The notes under the pieces: model-generated
The model's input: the letters and a program-made list of their open reading frames with translations, nothing else
Told to the model about the DNA's origin: nothing
Database searches by the model: none
DNA from: Candidatus Gottesmanbacteria bacterium
GTDB lineage: Bacteria > Patescibacteriota > Microgenomatia > UBA10105 > UBA927
Length of the DNA: 64,000 nucleotides
Direction: 5' to 3'
Assembly: GCA_016218255.1 (NCBI GenBank)
Contig: JACREN010000044.1
Span: forward strand, 2,489-66,488
Shown: piece after piece, positions 10,459 through 20,175 of the stretch
Layout of the letters: the number at the start of each line of letters is the position of its first letter
How positions within the stretch are numbered: the first letter of the stretch is position 1
Made by a program: the position numbers and the translations under genes

Positions 10459-10498
10459 TGTACAAAAGGGGTATTCATTTTACAATCAAACGGAATCT

Positions 10499-11332
10499 AT
10501 GAACGCAGTGATCTTTACCAGTAGCCATCACATGCTCGCCAATTATATCATTAAGCATTTGCTCTCTATGCATGATCTGAATATCGTTGCGATCGTGGAA
10601 TCCGACGCTGTATATCCGGGCAAAGGAAAGTGGCAGTCGCTTATATTTATGATACGGAAATCCGGATTACAGTATGTTGGATCCCAGATAATCAAATTCC
10701 TTTATTTTCATATCGGAAGCACCCTATACGGCTTCTTTCCCGGCAATAAACCGTCACACATTCTCTATTCGTATCATGAAATAACAAAGACTAAACATAT
10801 TCCTATTTTACTTGAAAAAAATATCAACACACAAACATTCATTACCACAATGCAATCACTCAAGCCTGATCTGTTTGTTTCTATTTTTTTCAACCAGATA
10901 TTCAAAAAAAATGTACTTTCGTTGCCAAAGAGAGGTACTATAAATCTCCATCCGGCATATCTTCCGTCATACCGGGGATTAAGTCCGACATTTTGGGTAC
11001 TTGCAAACGGCGAGCATCATACCGGCATCACCGTGCACCGTATAGACAGTGAGGCAATTGACGCTGGACAAATTTTAGGTCAAATCCGGATCCCCATTCT
11101 TGCACAAGATACGGAATACTCCCTTTATTGGCGATGCGTCCGAATGGGCGTTCCTTTGCTTGAGGATATCATTACTTCAATTGATCGAAACAAACGAAAC
11201 CATGCAAAACCTGATAGCCGCGTTAAGCCTAGCTATTTTTCTCTCCCAAAAAAGTCTGATGTCAATCGATTCTGTGCCCGCGGGAGAAAATTTTTAACGC
11301 TTCGGCAACTCGTCGGTTCCCCGAAGTTTTAA
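10499..11332 (+). CDS. Formyltransferase-domain protein (ArnA-N/Fmt-like sugar-nucleotide N-formyltransferase)
   Basis: 277 aa. 'INLHPAYLPSYRGLSPTFWVLANGEHHTGITVHRIDSEAIDAGQIL' matches the formyl_trans_N catalytic core (N/H/D). It is the only plus-strand gene in the first 21 kb and sits between the aminotransferase genes. Confidence 0.75.
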   Translation: MNAVIFTSSHHMLANYIIKHLLSMHDLNIVAIVESDAVYPGKGKWQSLIFMIRKSGLQYVGSQIIKFLYFHIGSTLYGFFPGNKPSHILYSYHEITKTKHIPILLEKNINTQTFITTMQSLKPDLFVSIFFNQIFKKNVLSLPKRGTINLHPAYLPSYRGLSPTFWVLANGEHHTGITVHRIDSEAIDAGQILGQIRIPILAQDTEYSLYWRCVRMGVPLLEDIITSIDRNKRNHAKPDSRVKPSYFSLPKKSDVNRFCARGRKFLTLRQLVGSPKF

Positions 11333-12016
11333 TGAGGCGATCGTATAAGATATAAACATTGGAATGAATCTTGATTTGCTTTCTCCGTAAGGACGGTTAC
11401 GGTAATATACCGGAATTTCATAAAATGTGCCTCCCGCTTGTTTCACTTTTGTTATTAGCCGCATAAAATAATCTCCATACCCGGCAAATAATCCGGCATC
11501 CGAATTTCCGAGTGAAAGGATAAATTTCCGGTCAACACAAAAAAATCCGCTTAAAAAATCAGTAACAGGAAGATGGAATAACAGTCGAAGATATATATTA
11601 AAAAATCGGCTGAGCCAATACCGTCGCGAGTTCTCCATACCGCCACCGGTAATATACCGCGATCCAATAGCAAGTGTTGCTTTTCGACAAGCCTCACCAA
11701 GCTTCGGAATCACAGATGGATCATGGCTCAAGTCTGTATCCATTACCACGACCTGTTTACCCCTGGCTTTCTGAACACCAAACCATATTGCAGAAGCCAG
11801 TCCCCGCTCTTTTTTTCTGACGAAAACCCGAACTGAACGTTTTCCTCTAAACGCATGTTTACATACCACAGCAGTACCATCAGGACTGCTATCGTCGACA
11901 ACGATAGCTTCATATTTCGCTTTCGCAAACAATGCAGTACGAAAAATGCTCTTTATGAGTGGGATAATATTGCCTTTTTCGTTATAAGTTGGAAGAATAA
12001 CGGAAATATCGATCAT
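11294..12016 (-). CDS. Family-2 glycosyltransferase, DPM1-like polyprenol-phosphate sugar synthase (soluble form)
   Basis: 240 aa with motifs 'ISVILPTYNEKGNI', 'VVDDSSPDGT' and 'VMDTDLSHDP', which are DPM1/Ppm1-type. Its 3' end overlaps the formyltransferase 3' end convergently by 39 nt. Confidence 0.8.
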   Translation of the reverse strand: MIDISVILPTYNEKGNIIPLIKSIFRTALFAKAKYEAIVVDDSSPDGTAVVCKHAFRGKRSVRVFVRKKERGLASAIWFGVQKARGKQVVVMDTDLSHDPSVIPKLGEACRKATLAIGSRYITGGGMENSRRYWLSRFFNIYLRLLFHLPVTDFLSGFFCVDRKFILSLGNSDAGLFAGYGDYFMRLITKVKQAGGTFYEIPVYYRNRPYGESKSRFIPMFISYTIASLKLRGTDELPKR

Positions 12017-13107
12017 ACAACACGCAGAATACGAACTATTTGTTTGCAGATATACCGTATATCCTTTTCTGTCACTTTTGCACTCGACGGTAGGCTCATG
12101 CCCCGATCCGAAATATCATCTGAATTCGGAAATGATTTCTTTTTTTTATACATCGGCAAACGATGCAAGGGTACAAAAAATGGCCTTGTTTCAATTCGTG
12201 CGCGAGCGAGTTCTTCCATAAGATATTTTCGGACCGAACAGGAAGGTAAAAGAATGGAATACATCCAATAAATATTACGTGCCCATTCTATGCCAGGCGG
12301 CAAAACAATCCCCCGAACAGATTTTAGAAGCGTATTGTATAGGGCTGCATGTTTTCGTTTTGCAGTAAGAACGACGTCAATGTGCTCCAATTGCGCCAAG
12401 CCGAATGCCGATTGAAGATTAGTTAATCGGTAATTAAAGCCAATTTCGCTATGCATATATTGTTTCTTCTGATCCTGTGCATGAGCCTTCAGATAGGCGA
12501 TCCGGTCGATAATCCCTTTATTGCCGGATACCACCATGCCTCCCTCACCAGTCGTCATAACCTTATTCCCGTAAAAACTAAAACACCCTACATCACCAAT
12601 GGAACCAACTTTTTTGCCTTTATATAGCGCTCCGTGAGACTCACATGCATCTTCTATTACAAGAAGATCATGTTCCCGCGCAACCGCAAGTATTGGATCC
12701 ATATCCGCGGGATGACCGAACAAATGCGCGACAATAATCGCTTTAGTTTTTTTCGTAATGCTACGTTTAATCGCACCAGGATCAATATTCCATGTCTCCA
12801 TGTTTATGTCTGCTAAAACCGGAGTAGCTCCAGCATAGACAACGACATTCGCTGTTGATACAAAAGTAAAATCCGGTACGATCACTTCATCTCCTGGTCC
12901 AATACCTAAAGCAACCAATGCGAGATGAAGCGCTGCAGTTCCACTCGCAACACTGGTTGCATGAGCCACACCACAAAACTTCGCAAATTTATTCTCAAAC
13001 AGATCGACATACGATCCATGCGATATCCAAGTGGATTTTATACAATCCGTCACGTACTTGAGTTCATTTCCCAAAAGTATCGGTTCTGATGCGGGTATAA
13101 TTTTCAT
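12013..13107 (-). CDS. DegT/DnrJ/EryC1-family PLP-dependent sugar aminotransferase
   Basis: 364 aa with 'ATSVASGTAALHLAL' and the catalytic Lys in 'FSFYGNKVMTTGEGG'. The start is typical, 'MKIIPASEPILLGNELKYV'. Confidence 0.85.
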   Translation of the reverse strand: MKIIPASEPILLGNELKYVTDCIKSTWISHGSYVDLFENKFAKFCGVAHATSVASGTAALHLALVALGIGPGDEVIVPDFTFVSTANVVVYAGATPVLADINMETWNIDPGAIKRSITKKTKAIIVAHLFGHPADMDPILAVAREHDLLVIEDACESHGALYKGKKVGSIGDVGCFSFYGNKVMTTGEGGMVVSGNKGIIDRIAYLKAHAQDQKKQYMHSEIGFNYRLTNLQSAFGLAQLEHIDVVLTAKRKHAALYNTLLKSVRGIVLPPGIEWARNIYWMYSILLPSCSVRKYLMEELARARIETRPFFVPLHRLPMYKKKKSFPNSDDISDRGMSLPSSAKVTEKDIRYICKQIVRILRVV

Positions 13108-14486
13108 AACGTATAAATACCAATCGTGTCAAACTCTTGTTGGAGTGTATAGTTCTGACGCAAAAAGTCAAGGAAACCCCATCCGGAGAGCTCCGGCCAA
13201 TCATCTATCAGTCTCCGGTCGTACACGACCACTTTAGGCGGTTTACTTATCAGCTCTGCAGTGGTCTGAGCAAACGGTAAATAATCAATGGGCATTCCGC
13301 CCACGTACCTGTTAAACGGCAGTCTGTTCGCCCTCATCATTATAATGTTATTTGCCATGTTAAACACTTTTTCTGTTTCTTCGGTGTTATCTCGCAACCA
13401 ACGCGCAGCCGCCAGTTCGTTCTCGCTATAATCTACGAGATATTGATTAGGAGAGAAACCATTATCAAGAATGTATCTTCTATATTCATTGACCGGTCTA
13501 ATGATAGATATCAAAAAAACTATAAAGGCCGAAACAAACAACATCTTTCTGGGGGTATTTCCTTTCGTTTTTATATATGTGTTTGCCTCCAGCAATACGA
13601 ACGCTGCGCCAATACACAACAGTGGAAAAGAGGCGACCAAACGGTATGACCAATACGAGGGTAACAGCATAACAAAAAGTGCCAGTATGAATCCCGATAA
13701 CAAATGTTTTACCTTTGACTGTGAGATACTTGTTCTCGCGATCAACAAAAAAGGCACGAGAATTGCCATATATACGCCTATCATATTCAACGCGGTATTT
13801 ATCCCCCATGCCTTTGCCCACCCTTTGTATATTGTCGCTACAAAAAGAAGACCCTGGATATAGTCATTGAGCGCACCATGAAACCAAAGAAACAGAACAA
13901 CAGCAGCCACTGGCATAAGCACTCCCAGGCTATATAGGCCAATCCATTTCCATCGTTTCCACAAAAAAAGAACCATAACAAGGATCAATACACCCGAAGT
14001 CTGCTTCGTCATAAGGCTTAAACCGGAAAATAGTCCTGCCCAGATAAGCCATATCGGCTTATTGCGCCGGGTTAACTCCCAAGAAGAGAAAAACGTGCAC
14101 AACGCAAAAAAACCAACGAGTATTTCCTCTATCTCTGCGTTTGAAAATAAGGGGAACAAAAACACAATAAACATGCTATAAGCAAGCAGCGCAAGTCTTA
14201 GGGATAATTTCCGGAGATATCCAAACAATAGAAATCCTGTCAGTAGAAATACTACTGCTACGACCAGCTGGTAACTTATTGGATGTACGCCGATAATTTT
14301 ATACACGGCCGCCAGCAGCGATATATCAATCATGCCTCTGTTCCATAGATGATCTCTATACGGCAATAGTCCCCGAAGAAGCAACCATGGCCGATACAAA
14401 CCTTCGGTCCAGGGATAAAAGGGAAGTAAAAAAATATTTACCGTTATCCAGATACTTCCCAAAGCTAAAACGATAAAGGGAATCAT
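13104..14486 (-). CDS. Polytopic membrane protein, paralog of 9052..10458 (GT-C/GT87-like candidate)
   Basis: 460 aa. N-terminus 'ITVNIFLLPFYPWTEGLYRPWLLLRGLLPYRDH' is collinear with the 468-aa paralog. It shares the 'MTKQT' TM element. Confidence 0.5.
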   Translation of the reverse strand: MIPFIVLALGSIWITVNIFLLPFYPWTEGLYRPWLLLRGLLPYRDHLWNRGMIDISLLAAVYKIIGVHPISYQLVVAVVFLLTGFLLFGYLRKLSLRLALLAYSMFIVFLFPLFSNAEIEEILVGFFALCTFFSSWELTRRNKPIWLIWAGLFSGLSLMTKQTSGVLILVMVLFLWKRWKWIGLYSLGVLMPVAAVVLFLWFHGALNDYIQGLLFVATIYKGWAKAWGINTALNMIGVYMAILVPFLLIARTSISQSKVKHLLSGFILALFVMLLPSYWSYRLVASFPLLCIGAAFVLLEANTYIKTKGNTPRKMLFVSAFIVFLISIIRPVNEYRRYILDNGFSPNQYLVDYSENELAAARWLRDNTEETEKVFNMANNIIMMRANRLPFNRYVGGMPIDYLPFAQTTAELISKPPKVVVYDRRLIDDWPELSGWGFLDFLRQNYTLQQEFDTIGIYTL

Positions 14487-14488
14487 AG

Positions 14489-15265
14489 CTATTTCACAGC
14501 CTCAACATAACAAAGAGGCCAAAATAACCGGTATTTCAGAAGTGATTGAATAAATCGCCGAAACCACTTCGGAATAAACGCAATAGGGTAATACATGGGA
14601 AAATACGCGACTGTTTTGACCGTGAACCCGGCTTTTAAGAATAACTGTCGCAATTGTCCCGGCGTAAAGGACTGTTCATAACCGTAATGCAAATATTTAC
14701 CACTCATCCACTTCAAATGAAACCATTCCATGAGTTGCCGAAGAATCGGCACATTAGGTATATCGCCCCGCAACTGATGATATGTAAGAGTGGTAAGAGA
14801 AACGACCGGAACAACGGCGATCATCGTCCCTCCCGGCTTAAGCACTCGATATGCCTCCTTTATCGCTTTCTTCGTACTCCGAACATATTCCAAAGACATG
14901 CAGGACCAAATAAATGAGAACTCATTTTCACGAAATGGCAACGCGAGCAAATTTCCTTGAACAAAAAATCCACGGCTGCCACGTTTTTTGAATAATTGTT
15001 TCGATTTGATAACCGCTTCTTTGGTTATATCTACACCGGTCACATGCCCTCCTGATTGGGCAACCAAGCTCGACACCCATGCAACGCCGCACCCAAGGTC
15101 CAAAAACGAAATGGAGTTCCATTTTCTATGATACTTCAAAAGAAATCGCCAATAGGATTGAATGGTAGGATCTTTTTCTATCACTCGGTCAAGAGATTCT
15201 TTCTTATGTAATCCTTCCCACCGCATCTTGGACAGCAGTACATCTGTGGTAGCTATAGGTTTCAT
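14489..15265 (-). CDS. Class I SAM-dependent methyltransferase
   Basis: Motif I 'FLDLGCGVAWVS' and post-I 'VTGVDI', then 'VLKPGGTMIAV'. The ORF track extends to 15394. An internal ATG ('MKPIATT') at 15265 gives an ATGA overlap with the upstream gene that ends at 15262. Confidence 0.75.
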   Translation of the reverse strand: MKPIATTDVLLSKMRWEGLHKKESLDRVIEKDPTIQSYWRFLLKYHRKWNSISFLDLGCGVAWVSSLVAQSGGHVTGVDITKEAVIKSKQLFKKRGSRGFFVQGNLLALPFRENEFSFIWSCMSLEYVRSTKKAIKEAYRVLKPGGTMIAVVPVVSLTTLTYHQLRGDIPNVPILRQLMEWFHLKWMSGKYLHYGYEQSFTPGQLRQLFLKAGFTVKTVAYFPMYYPIAFIPKWFRRFIQSLLKYRLFWPLCYVEAVK

Positions 15266-16173
15266 GAGATCGATACGTCTGCCATGCCTATCTGATAAAA
15301 ATAATTCTTTCTGCCGCTGTAATACAGAACAAGTCTGTTCCCCTCCCTGTAAGGACATGCACGGCTTGCAGAAATCGCGTCCCATGATCCCCAAGTCACA
15401 TCAAGGACAGGATTAGCCGAATATTTTTTCCAATGAATCAAATCACGACTTTCAGCCGCACCGGTCCGCTCAATACCTGAAGCGTCGATACCGCTGTAAA
15501 ACATTACATACACACCGCCATATTCGATAACTCTGGGATCGGATATGCTTTTCTCATCCCATGCACCCGCACTTCCCACATCCAGAACCGGCTTCGGAAA
15601 CCGTGTAGTAATCGACGACAATGTCTTTCCGGTCGCCAGACCTACCCGTTCCCGCTCGCCGTCATGGCCGGCATAATACATATAGTATATGCCCTTTTTC
15701 CGATAAACCGCGCACCGGCTCACATGCCGCTTTTCCCACCACGCCGCACCGACACGAAAAATCGGATTTGACGGATACCTTCGCCAATTAACGCCATCCG
15801 TGCTATCCGCCAGACCGATCTCTTCCAGCCAGTCTCCAACCCTGCTTCCGTCATAAAGCATGGATATATTTTTTCCGTGGTCAAACACATACGCATGAGC
15901 GGTAAAATCGCTATCCCACGAATCTTCTACTCCGTTTGGTAACGCCACCACCCCCGTTTTTACCCAATGCGTCAGACTCTCACCTCTTGCTGCAAGCGTA
16001 TAATGCCGGATTCCTAATCCGATGCTTTTTCCGGTATAAAAAAGCAAACGGTGCTTCCCCAAGCGGACTGCCACAGGATGATACGCCCACAACGCATCAG
16101 GGGCAAAAAAATTACCGGAAAATATTCCCGGAGAAAGAATCGGCTTAGGATATTTTTTAATCTGAATTCTCAT
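15262..16173 (-). CDS. Five-bladed beta-propeller glycoside hydrolase/phosphorylase-like protein (GH130/GH43-like fold)
   Basis: 303 aa with repeated W-D/E blade signatures: 'SWDSDFTAHAYVF', 'GAWDEKSISDPRVIEYGGVYVMFYSG' and 'GSWDAISASRA'. This resembles GH130 mannoside phosphorylases. Confidence 0.45.
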   Translation of the reverse strand: MRIQIKKYPKPILSPGIFSGNFFAPDALWAYHPVAVRLGKHRLLFYTGKSIGLGIRHYTLAARGESLTHWVKTGVVALPNGVEDSWDSDFTAHAYVFDHGKNISMLYDGSRVGDWLEEIGLADSTDGVNWRRYPSNPIFRVGAAWWEKRHVSRCAVYRKKGIYYMYYAGHDGERERVGLATGKTLSSITTRFPKPVLDVGSAGAWDEKSISDPRVIEYGGVYVMFYSGIDASGIERTGAAESRDLIHWKKYSANPVLDVTWGSWDAISASRACPYREGNRLVLYYSGRKNYFYQIGMADVSIS

Positions 16174-16180
16174 GTTTTGC

Positions 16181-16819
16181 TCATTCAGTATTCTTTTTTG
16201 TAATTATCGCTGCATTATACGCACAAAATGCTCTTGGCATAAGATGTTCCATGATGAACTCGTATATCTTAAACAACGGTAGAAACGCCGAAGGATAGAG
16301 ATGAGCCTCAAAAAAACGAAACGAAATCGTATCCTCACTAAATACAGTCCGCACCAATTTCATAAAGTATGATTGTATAAAATGGTCGTGTCCGCGCATG
16401 CGCACCATATGAGGATAGAATAACGGGTTGTACCGATTACCTTCAACAATCACTACTGACCCGCCCGGCTTACATACCCGCCGCAATTCTCTCAGTCCTT
16501 CTTTGTGTTTATCCGTGCGCTGTCTTCGTTCATCGATATGGTGCAGGACGTCATGAACAAAAACATAATCGAATGCATCACTCTTATAAGGCAATGCGTA
16601 TATGCTTCCCAATGTGAAACGGGACCGAAAACGCCCCATGGCGTTATGTCTGTATATATCTGTACCCCTCCATACTAATCCATACTCCCGTAAAAAGATT
16701 TCTGCGTCAGTTCCCTCACCACATCCCACGTCTAATATAACACTTCCCTTTCTCCAGGAGACTCCAAGCTTATTAAAAAAATCATTCTTATATTGATTGT
16801 ACCGGGTAATACGTTTCAT
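16181..16819 (-). CDS. Class I SAM-dependent methyltransferase
   Basis: 212 aa with motif I 'ILDVGCGEGTDA' and 'VCKPGGSVVIVEGN'. Confidence 0.75.
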   Translation of the reverse strand: MKRITRYNQYKNDFFNKLGVSWRKGSVILDVGCGEGTDAEIFLREYGLVWRGTDIYRHNAMGRFRSRFTLGSIYALPYKSDAFDYVFVHDVLHHIDERRQRTDKHKEGLRELRRVCKPGGSVVIVEGNRYNPLFYPHMVRMRGHDHFIQSYFMKLVRTVFSEDTISFRFFEAHLYPSAFLPLFKIYEFIMEHLMPRAFCAYNAAIITKKNTE

Positions 16820-16832
16820 CGAAGATGAAATA

Positions 16833-17954
16833 TCACAATTTATGATATTTTCTAATGGCAGTATGTCCTAATATAATCTTTACCACCTTTTCCGATACAT
16901 TGACATCGCGGTAGTCAGCGGGAATAACCCGATGTTCCTGGAACTCACCTGTCGCCATTTTAATCGCATCATTTAACGCATCTTTATGAAATCCGGTTAC
17001 GATAATAGACCCTGCATCAAAAGCTTCGGGTCGTTCCGTGGATACCCGCACTTGCACAGCCGGAAAACCTGCGATTGCGGATTCCTCCTGTATCGTACCG
17101 CTATCTGAAATAACACAGAAGGCATTTTTTTCCAGTCTTGCGAATTCTAAAAACCCAAACGGTTTATGACAGTGAATAAGCGGATGCAACGAACCCAATG
17201 ACGCCAGTTTTTTCTGAGTTCTGGGATGCACAGATAGCAAAACAGGCTTCTTATAAGCATCTGCCAGACTACCCAATGAAGCAAATAGCTCACGGATTCT
17301 GTCCGGCTTTTCTATATTTTCCTCTCTGTGAACGCTGACAAGAAAATATCCCCCTGGTATAAGATTCAAATCAGTAAGCACAGTATTACCGGATATAGCA
17401 GAATTATAATAAGCAAGAATTTCCGCGTATGGACTTCCGGTGACAAATATAGTTTTTGGGTGAAGTCCTTCACGGATAAGATACCGCCTGGCATGTTCCG
17501 TGTAACAAAGATTAAAATCGCTGATATGATCCACAATTCTCCGATTTACTTCCTCCGGCACATCCCAATCGAACGAACGATTTCCTGCTTCCATATGGAA
17601 AATGGGAATATGCATCCGTTTAGCGATCACCGCCGACAAGCAACTATTGGTATCTCCCAATACGAGAAGTGCATCAGGCATTTCTTTTTTAAGGACTGCT
17701 TCCGATTGTTCAATTATTCGCGCGATCTGCCCCCCCAGGGAATCTGACTTCACATCCAAAAAGTAATCAGGTCTTCGAAGCTCTAATTCCTCAAAAAAAA
17801 TATCGCTCAATTCATAATCATAACTTTGCCTCGTATAGACCATGATGTGATGAAAATACTCATCCAGTTTCGGCAACACCCGTGATAAACGGATAATTTC
17901 CGGCCGAGTACCAACTATAGACATAATGGTCAATGACTTTTTCTGTTGTTTCAT
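16833..17954 (-). CDS. UDP-N-acetylglucosamine 2-epimerase family (WecB/FnlC/CapG-like)
   Basis: 373 aa with 'MSIVGTRPEIIRL' and 'HMEAGNRSFDWDVPEEVNRR', which are epimerase_2 signatures. Confidence 0.85.
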   Translation of the reverse strand: MKQQKKSLTIMSIVGTRPEIIRLSRVLPKLDEYFHHIMVYTRQSYDYELSDIFFEELELRRPDYFLDVKSDSLGGQIARIIEQSEAVLKKEMPDALLVLGDTNSCLSAVIAKRMHIPIFHMEAGNRSFDWDVPEEVNRRIVDHISDFNLCYTEHARRYLIREGLHPKTIFVTGSPYAEILAYYNSAISGNTVLTDLNLIPGGYFLVSVHREENIEKPDRIRELFASLGSLADAYKKPVLLSVHPRTQKKLASLGSLHPLIHCHKPFGFLEFARLEKNAFCVISDSGTIQEESAIAGFPAVQVRVSTERPEAFDAGSIIVTGFHKDALNDAIKMATGEFQEHRVIPADYRDVNVSEKVVKIILGHTAIRKYHKL

Positions 17955-19006
17955 TTTTTTTGAATTTGTATTAGCTCATCTTGTATTTCAGAGAGCCCGG
18001 ATAATATCCGTACAACCTCTTCAACCTTTGCACGGGGAGTATTTTCAGATGTATATGCCTCCTTCATGGATTCAAGCTTTCGTTCACCGTCCAAAAAATA
18101 ACGGTTGTACTCTAGCCCCTGACTTTCCGGTGGGATATCAAAATAGCTACCACGGTCTACTACCCGAGCAAGTTCTTCACATGTCAAAAGCGTTTCATGG
18201 TATTTCTCTCCTGCCCGAATACCAACTTCGCGATACCCTTTTGCGTGTGAAAAAATTCTGCACACAGCTTCTACTAGCACACCCACAGTACACGCACGCG
18301 ACTTCCGCACATACAGATGTCCATTTTCTCCATTTACAAGCGCATACAATACCAAATCAACCGCTTCCGGCAATGGCAGAAGAAATCGAGTCATCGAAGG
18401 GTTGGTCACAGGCAGGGTGTTATTTTTTTTAACCTGCTCAATAAAAAATGGAAGCACCGACCCCCGCGAATAAAGGACATTCCCGTAGCGCACACCGCAA
18501 AAAACAGTATGCTTGTTTCCACTCTCCGAGAGCTTCCGCGCAGCAGCGACCATAACCTTTTCCATAATCGCCTTAGTCATCCCCATAGCATTTATGGGGT
18601 ACGCCGCCTTATCCGTACTCAAAATCACAACCCTGGATACGTCGGCAGCAATTGCGCTATCCAGCACATTCTGGGTGCCTAATACGTTTGTTTTAACGGC
18701 CTCAATTGGAAAAAATTCACATGACGGCACCTGCTTGAGCGCAGCCGCATGGAATACAAAATCCACTCCGTCCATGGCTTCTGAAACACTAGCTCCATCC
18801 CGCACATCGCCAATAATAAATCTTAAAAGCCGCGAATTATAATAGTTTCGCATGTCAAATTGCTTCTTTTCATCACGGCTGAAAATGACTATCCGTGCCG
18901 GCTCAAGTGACAATAGTTTTTCAATAACCGTATTGCCAAATGATCCCGTTCCCCCAGTTATTAAAATCGTTTTATTTTTTATATGCTCTCTGACGCTTTT
19001 TTTCAT
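17951..19006 (-). CDS. UDP-GlcNAc 4,6-dehydratase/epimerase of the CapD/FnlA/PseB family
   Basis: 351 aa with 'KTILITGGTGSFGNTVIEKLL' and 'IVIFSRDEKKQ', which are Polysacc_synt_2 short-form hallmarks. Confidence 0.8.
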   Translation of the reverse strand: MKKSVREHIKNKTILITGGTGSFGNTVIEKLLSLEPARIVIFSRDEKKQFDMRNYYNSRLLRFIIGDVRDGASVSEAMDGVDFVFHAAALKQVPSCEFFPIEAVKTNVLGTQNVLDSAIAADVSRVVILSTDKAAYPINAMGMTKAIMEKVMVAAARKLSESGNKHTVFCGVRYGNVLYSRGSVLPFFIEQVKKNNTLPVTNPSMTRFLLPLPEAVDLVLYALVNGENGHLYVRKSRACTVGVLVEAVCRIFSHAKGYREVGIRAGEKYHETLLTCEELARVVDRGSYFDIPPESQGLEYNRYFLDGERKLESMKEAYTSENTPRAKVEEVVRILSGLSEIQDELIQIQKK

Positions 19007-20175
19007 AATGATAAAGCACGGATGACATTAATTGTGTATAGAGTGTTGTAGTCAAAACGCCGAACGTACGATATCGCACATTTTCTATATGAGGTATGCA
19101 ATTTTTCGTCCGTCAGGAACCTTACTATAGCACGAACCAATGCTTCTTTTCTATAAGGAACGACGATCCCGCACCTATGAATTTGTATATCGCGGGCGCT
19201 GGCAATTGCATCTGTTACCACTACCGGTAACCCGCATACCATATAGTCCTTTATTTTCCCTGGATCTGCATTTTTTACTTTTTCATCCAGAATATACGTA
19301 TTAAATGGTGCAACACCTACCGCGCCTCGGCATAGTATTCGTTCAAGCTGTTTCCGGTCAGTTACCCAACCGTAAAAGCGGACATACTTTGTGAGATGCA
19401 ATATGGCAGTCAACTTCTGAAGTGCCTCCATCTGCTCGCCCCCCCCGACAATAACTAACGACGCATCTGGTACCTTCTTACGTATATCAGCAAATGCGCG
19501 AATAAGCATATCTACCCCCATATGCATCACAAGGTGACCGGAAAAAACAATGAGACGAGTGTTGATTTGTGACCGCGGCAGGCGCTTCACCTGATCAAAC
19601 CAAATGCCAATCGGAACCGTATGCTGACTACCCATCTCCCCCTTAGAGCGGTGAAATTTCCTCCTCGCAGCAACCATGGCTTCTGACACATTCCATGTTT
19701 CATCAGAATGTCGCACACAAAATAAATCAATTGCATGATACAGTCGATTCATGAATGGATTTGCGAATCGAGTCGGGAAATAATCAATCGTATAATATAC
19801 AACCCGCCGTACTATGCCCAATCGTTTCAAAAATAGCCCCAGAAGTGCGTTCATATTATCAACGCCGATAAACAAATCAAATCTCTTTCCCGCTTGAAGG
19901 ATACGGCCCAGAGCGAATAACGCTTCAAACCCTGAACTTAATACGACATTACGAAACCGCACTGGTGCACGAACACCAGAAACGATGTTATTACCGCGGC
20001 TGAGCTCTGCAAAGGATCGATCAAAATCATGAACATCTGCCATCGGCAATGGATGGCTTATATAAAGCAAATTCCGGCACCCATGAACGCGCAAAAAATC
20101 TCTCATCGCCTGTGAAGCAGAATACACTCTGGCATGGGTAGCCAAAATAATTGACGATTGTTTAATGATATTCAT
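19003..20175 (-). CDS. GT4 (GT-B fold) glycosyltransferase
   Basis: 390 aa. The C-terminal Glycos_transf_1-type region 'LVIVGGGEQMEALQKL...FYGWVTDRKQLERILCRGAVGVAPF' has the E-x7-E-like pattern. Confidence 0.7.
   Translation of the reverse strand: MNIIKQSSIILATHARVYSASQAMRDFLRVHGCRNLLYISHPLPMADVHDFDRSFAELSRGNNIVSGVRAPVRFRNVVLSSGFEALFALGRILQAGKRFDLFIGVDNMNALLGLFLKRLGIVRRVVYYTIDYFPTRFANPFMNRLYHAIDLFCVRHSDETWNVSEAMVAARRKFHRSKGEMGSQHTVPIGIWFDQVKRLPRSQINTRLIVFSGHLVMHMGVDMLIRAFADIRKKVPDASLVIVGGGEQMEALQKLTAILHLTKYVRFYGWVTDRKQLERILCRGAVGVAPFNTYILDEKVKNADPGKIKDYMVCGLPVVVTDAIASARDIQIHRCGIVVPYRKEALVRAIVRFLTDEKLHTSYRKCAISYVRRFDYNTLYTINVIRALSL

Noticed and set aside
9052-14486. Possibility that the 460-aa paralogs are acyltransferase-3 (OafA-like) O-acetyltransferases
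   Set aside because: 'LLLRGLLPYRDH' superficially recalls the AT3 'LDGLRG' motif. However, the rest of the AT3 signature (conserved His after RG, about 10 TM helices with an R-x10-H core) is not evident. A GT-C/GT87-like assignment is kept, at low confidence.
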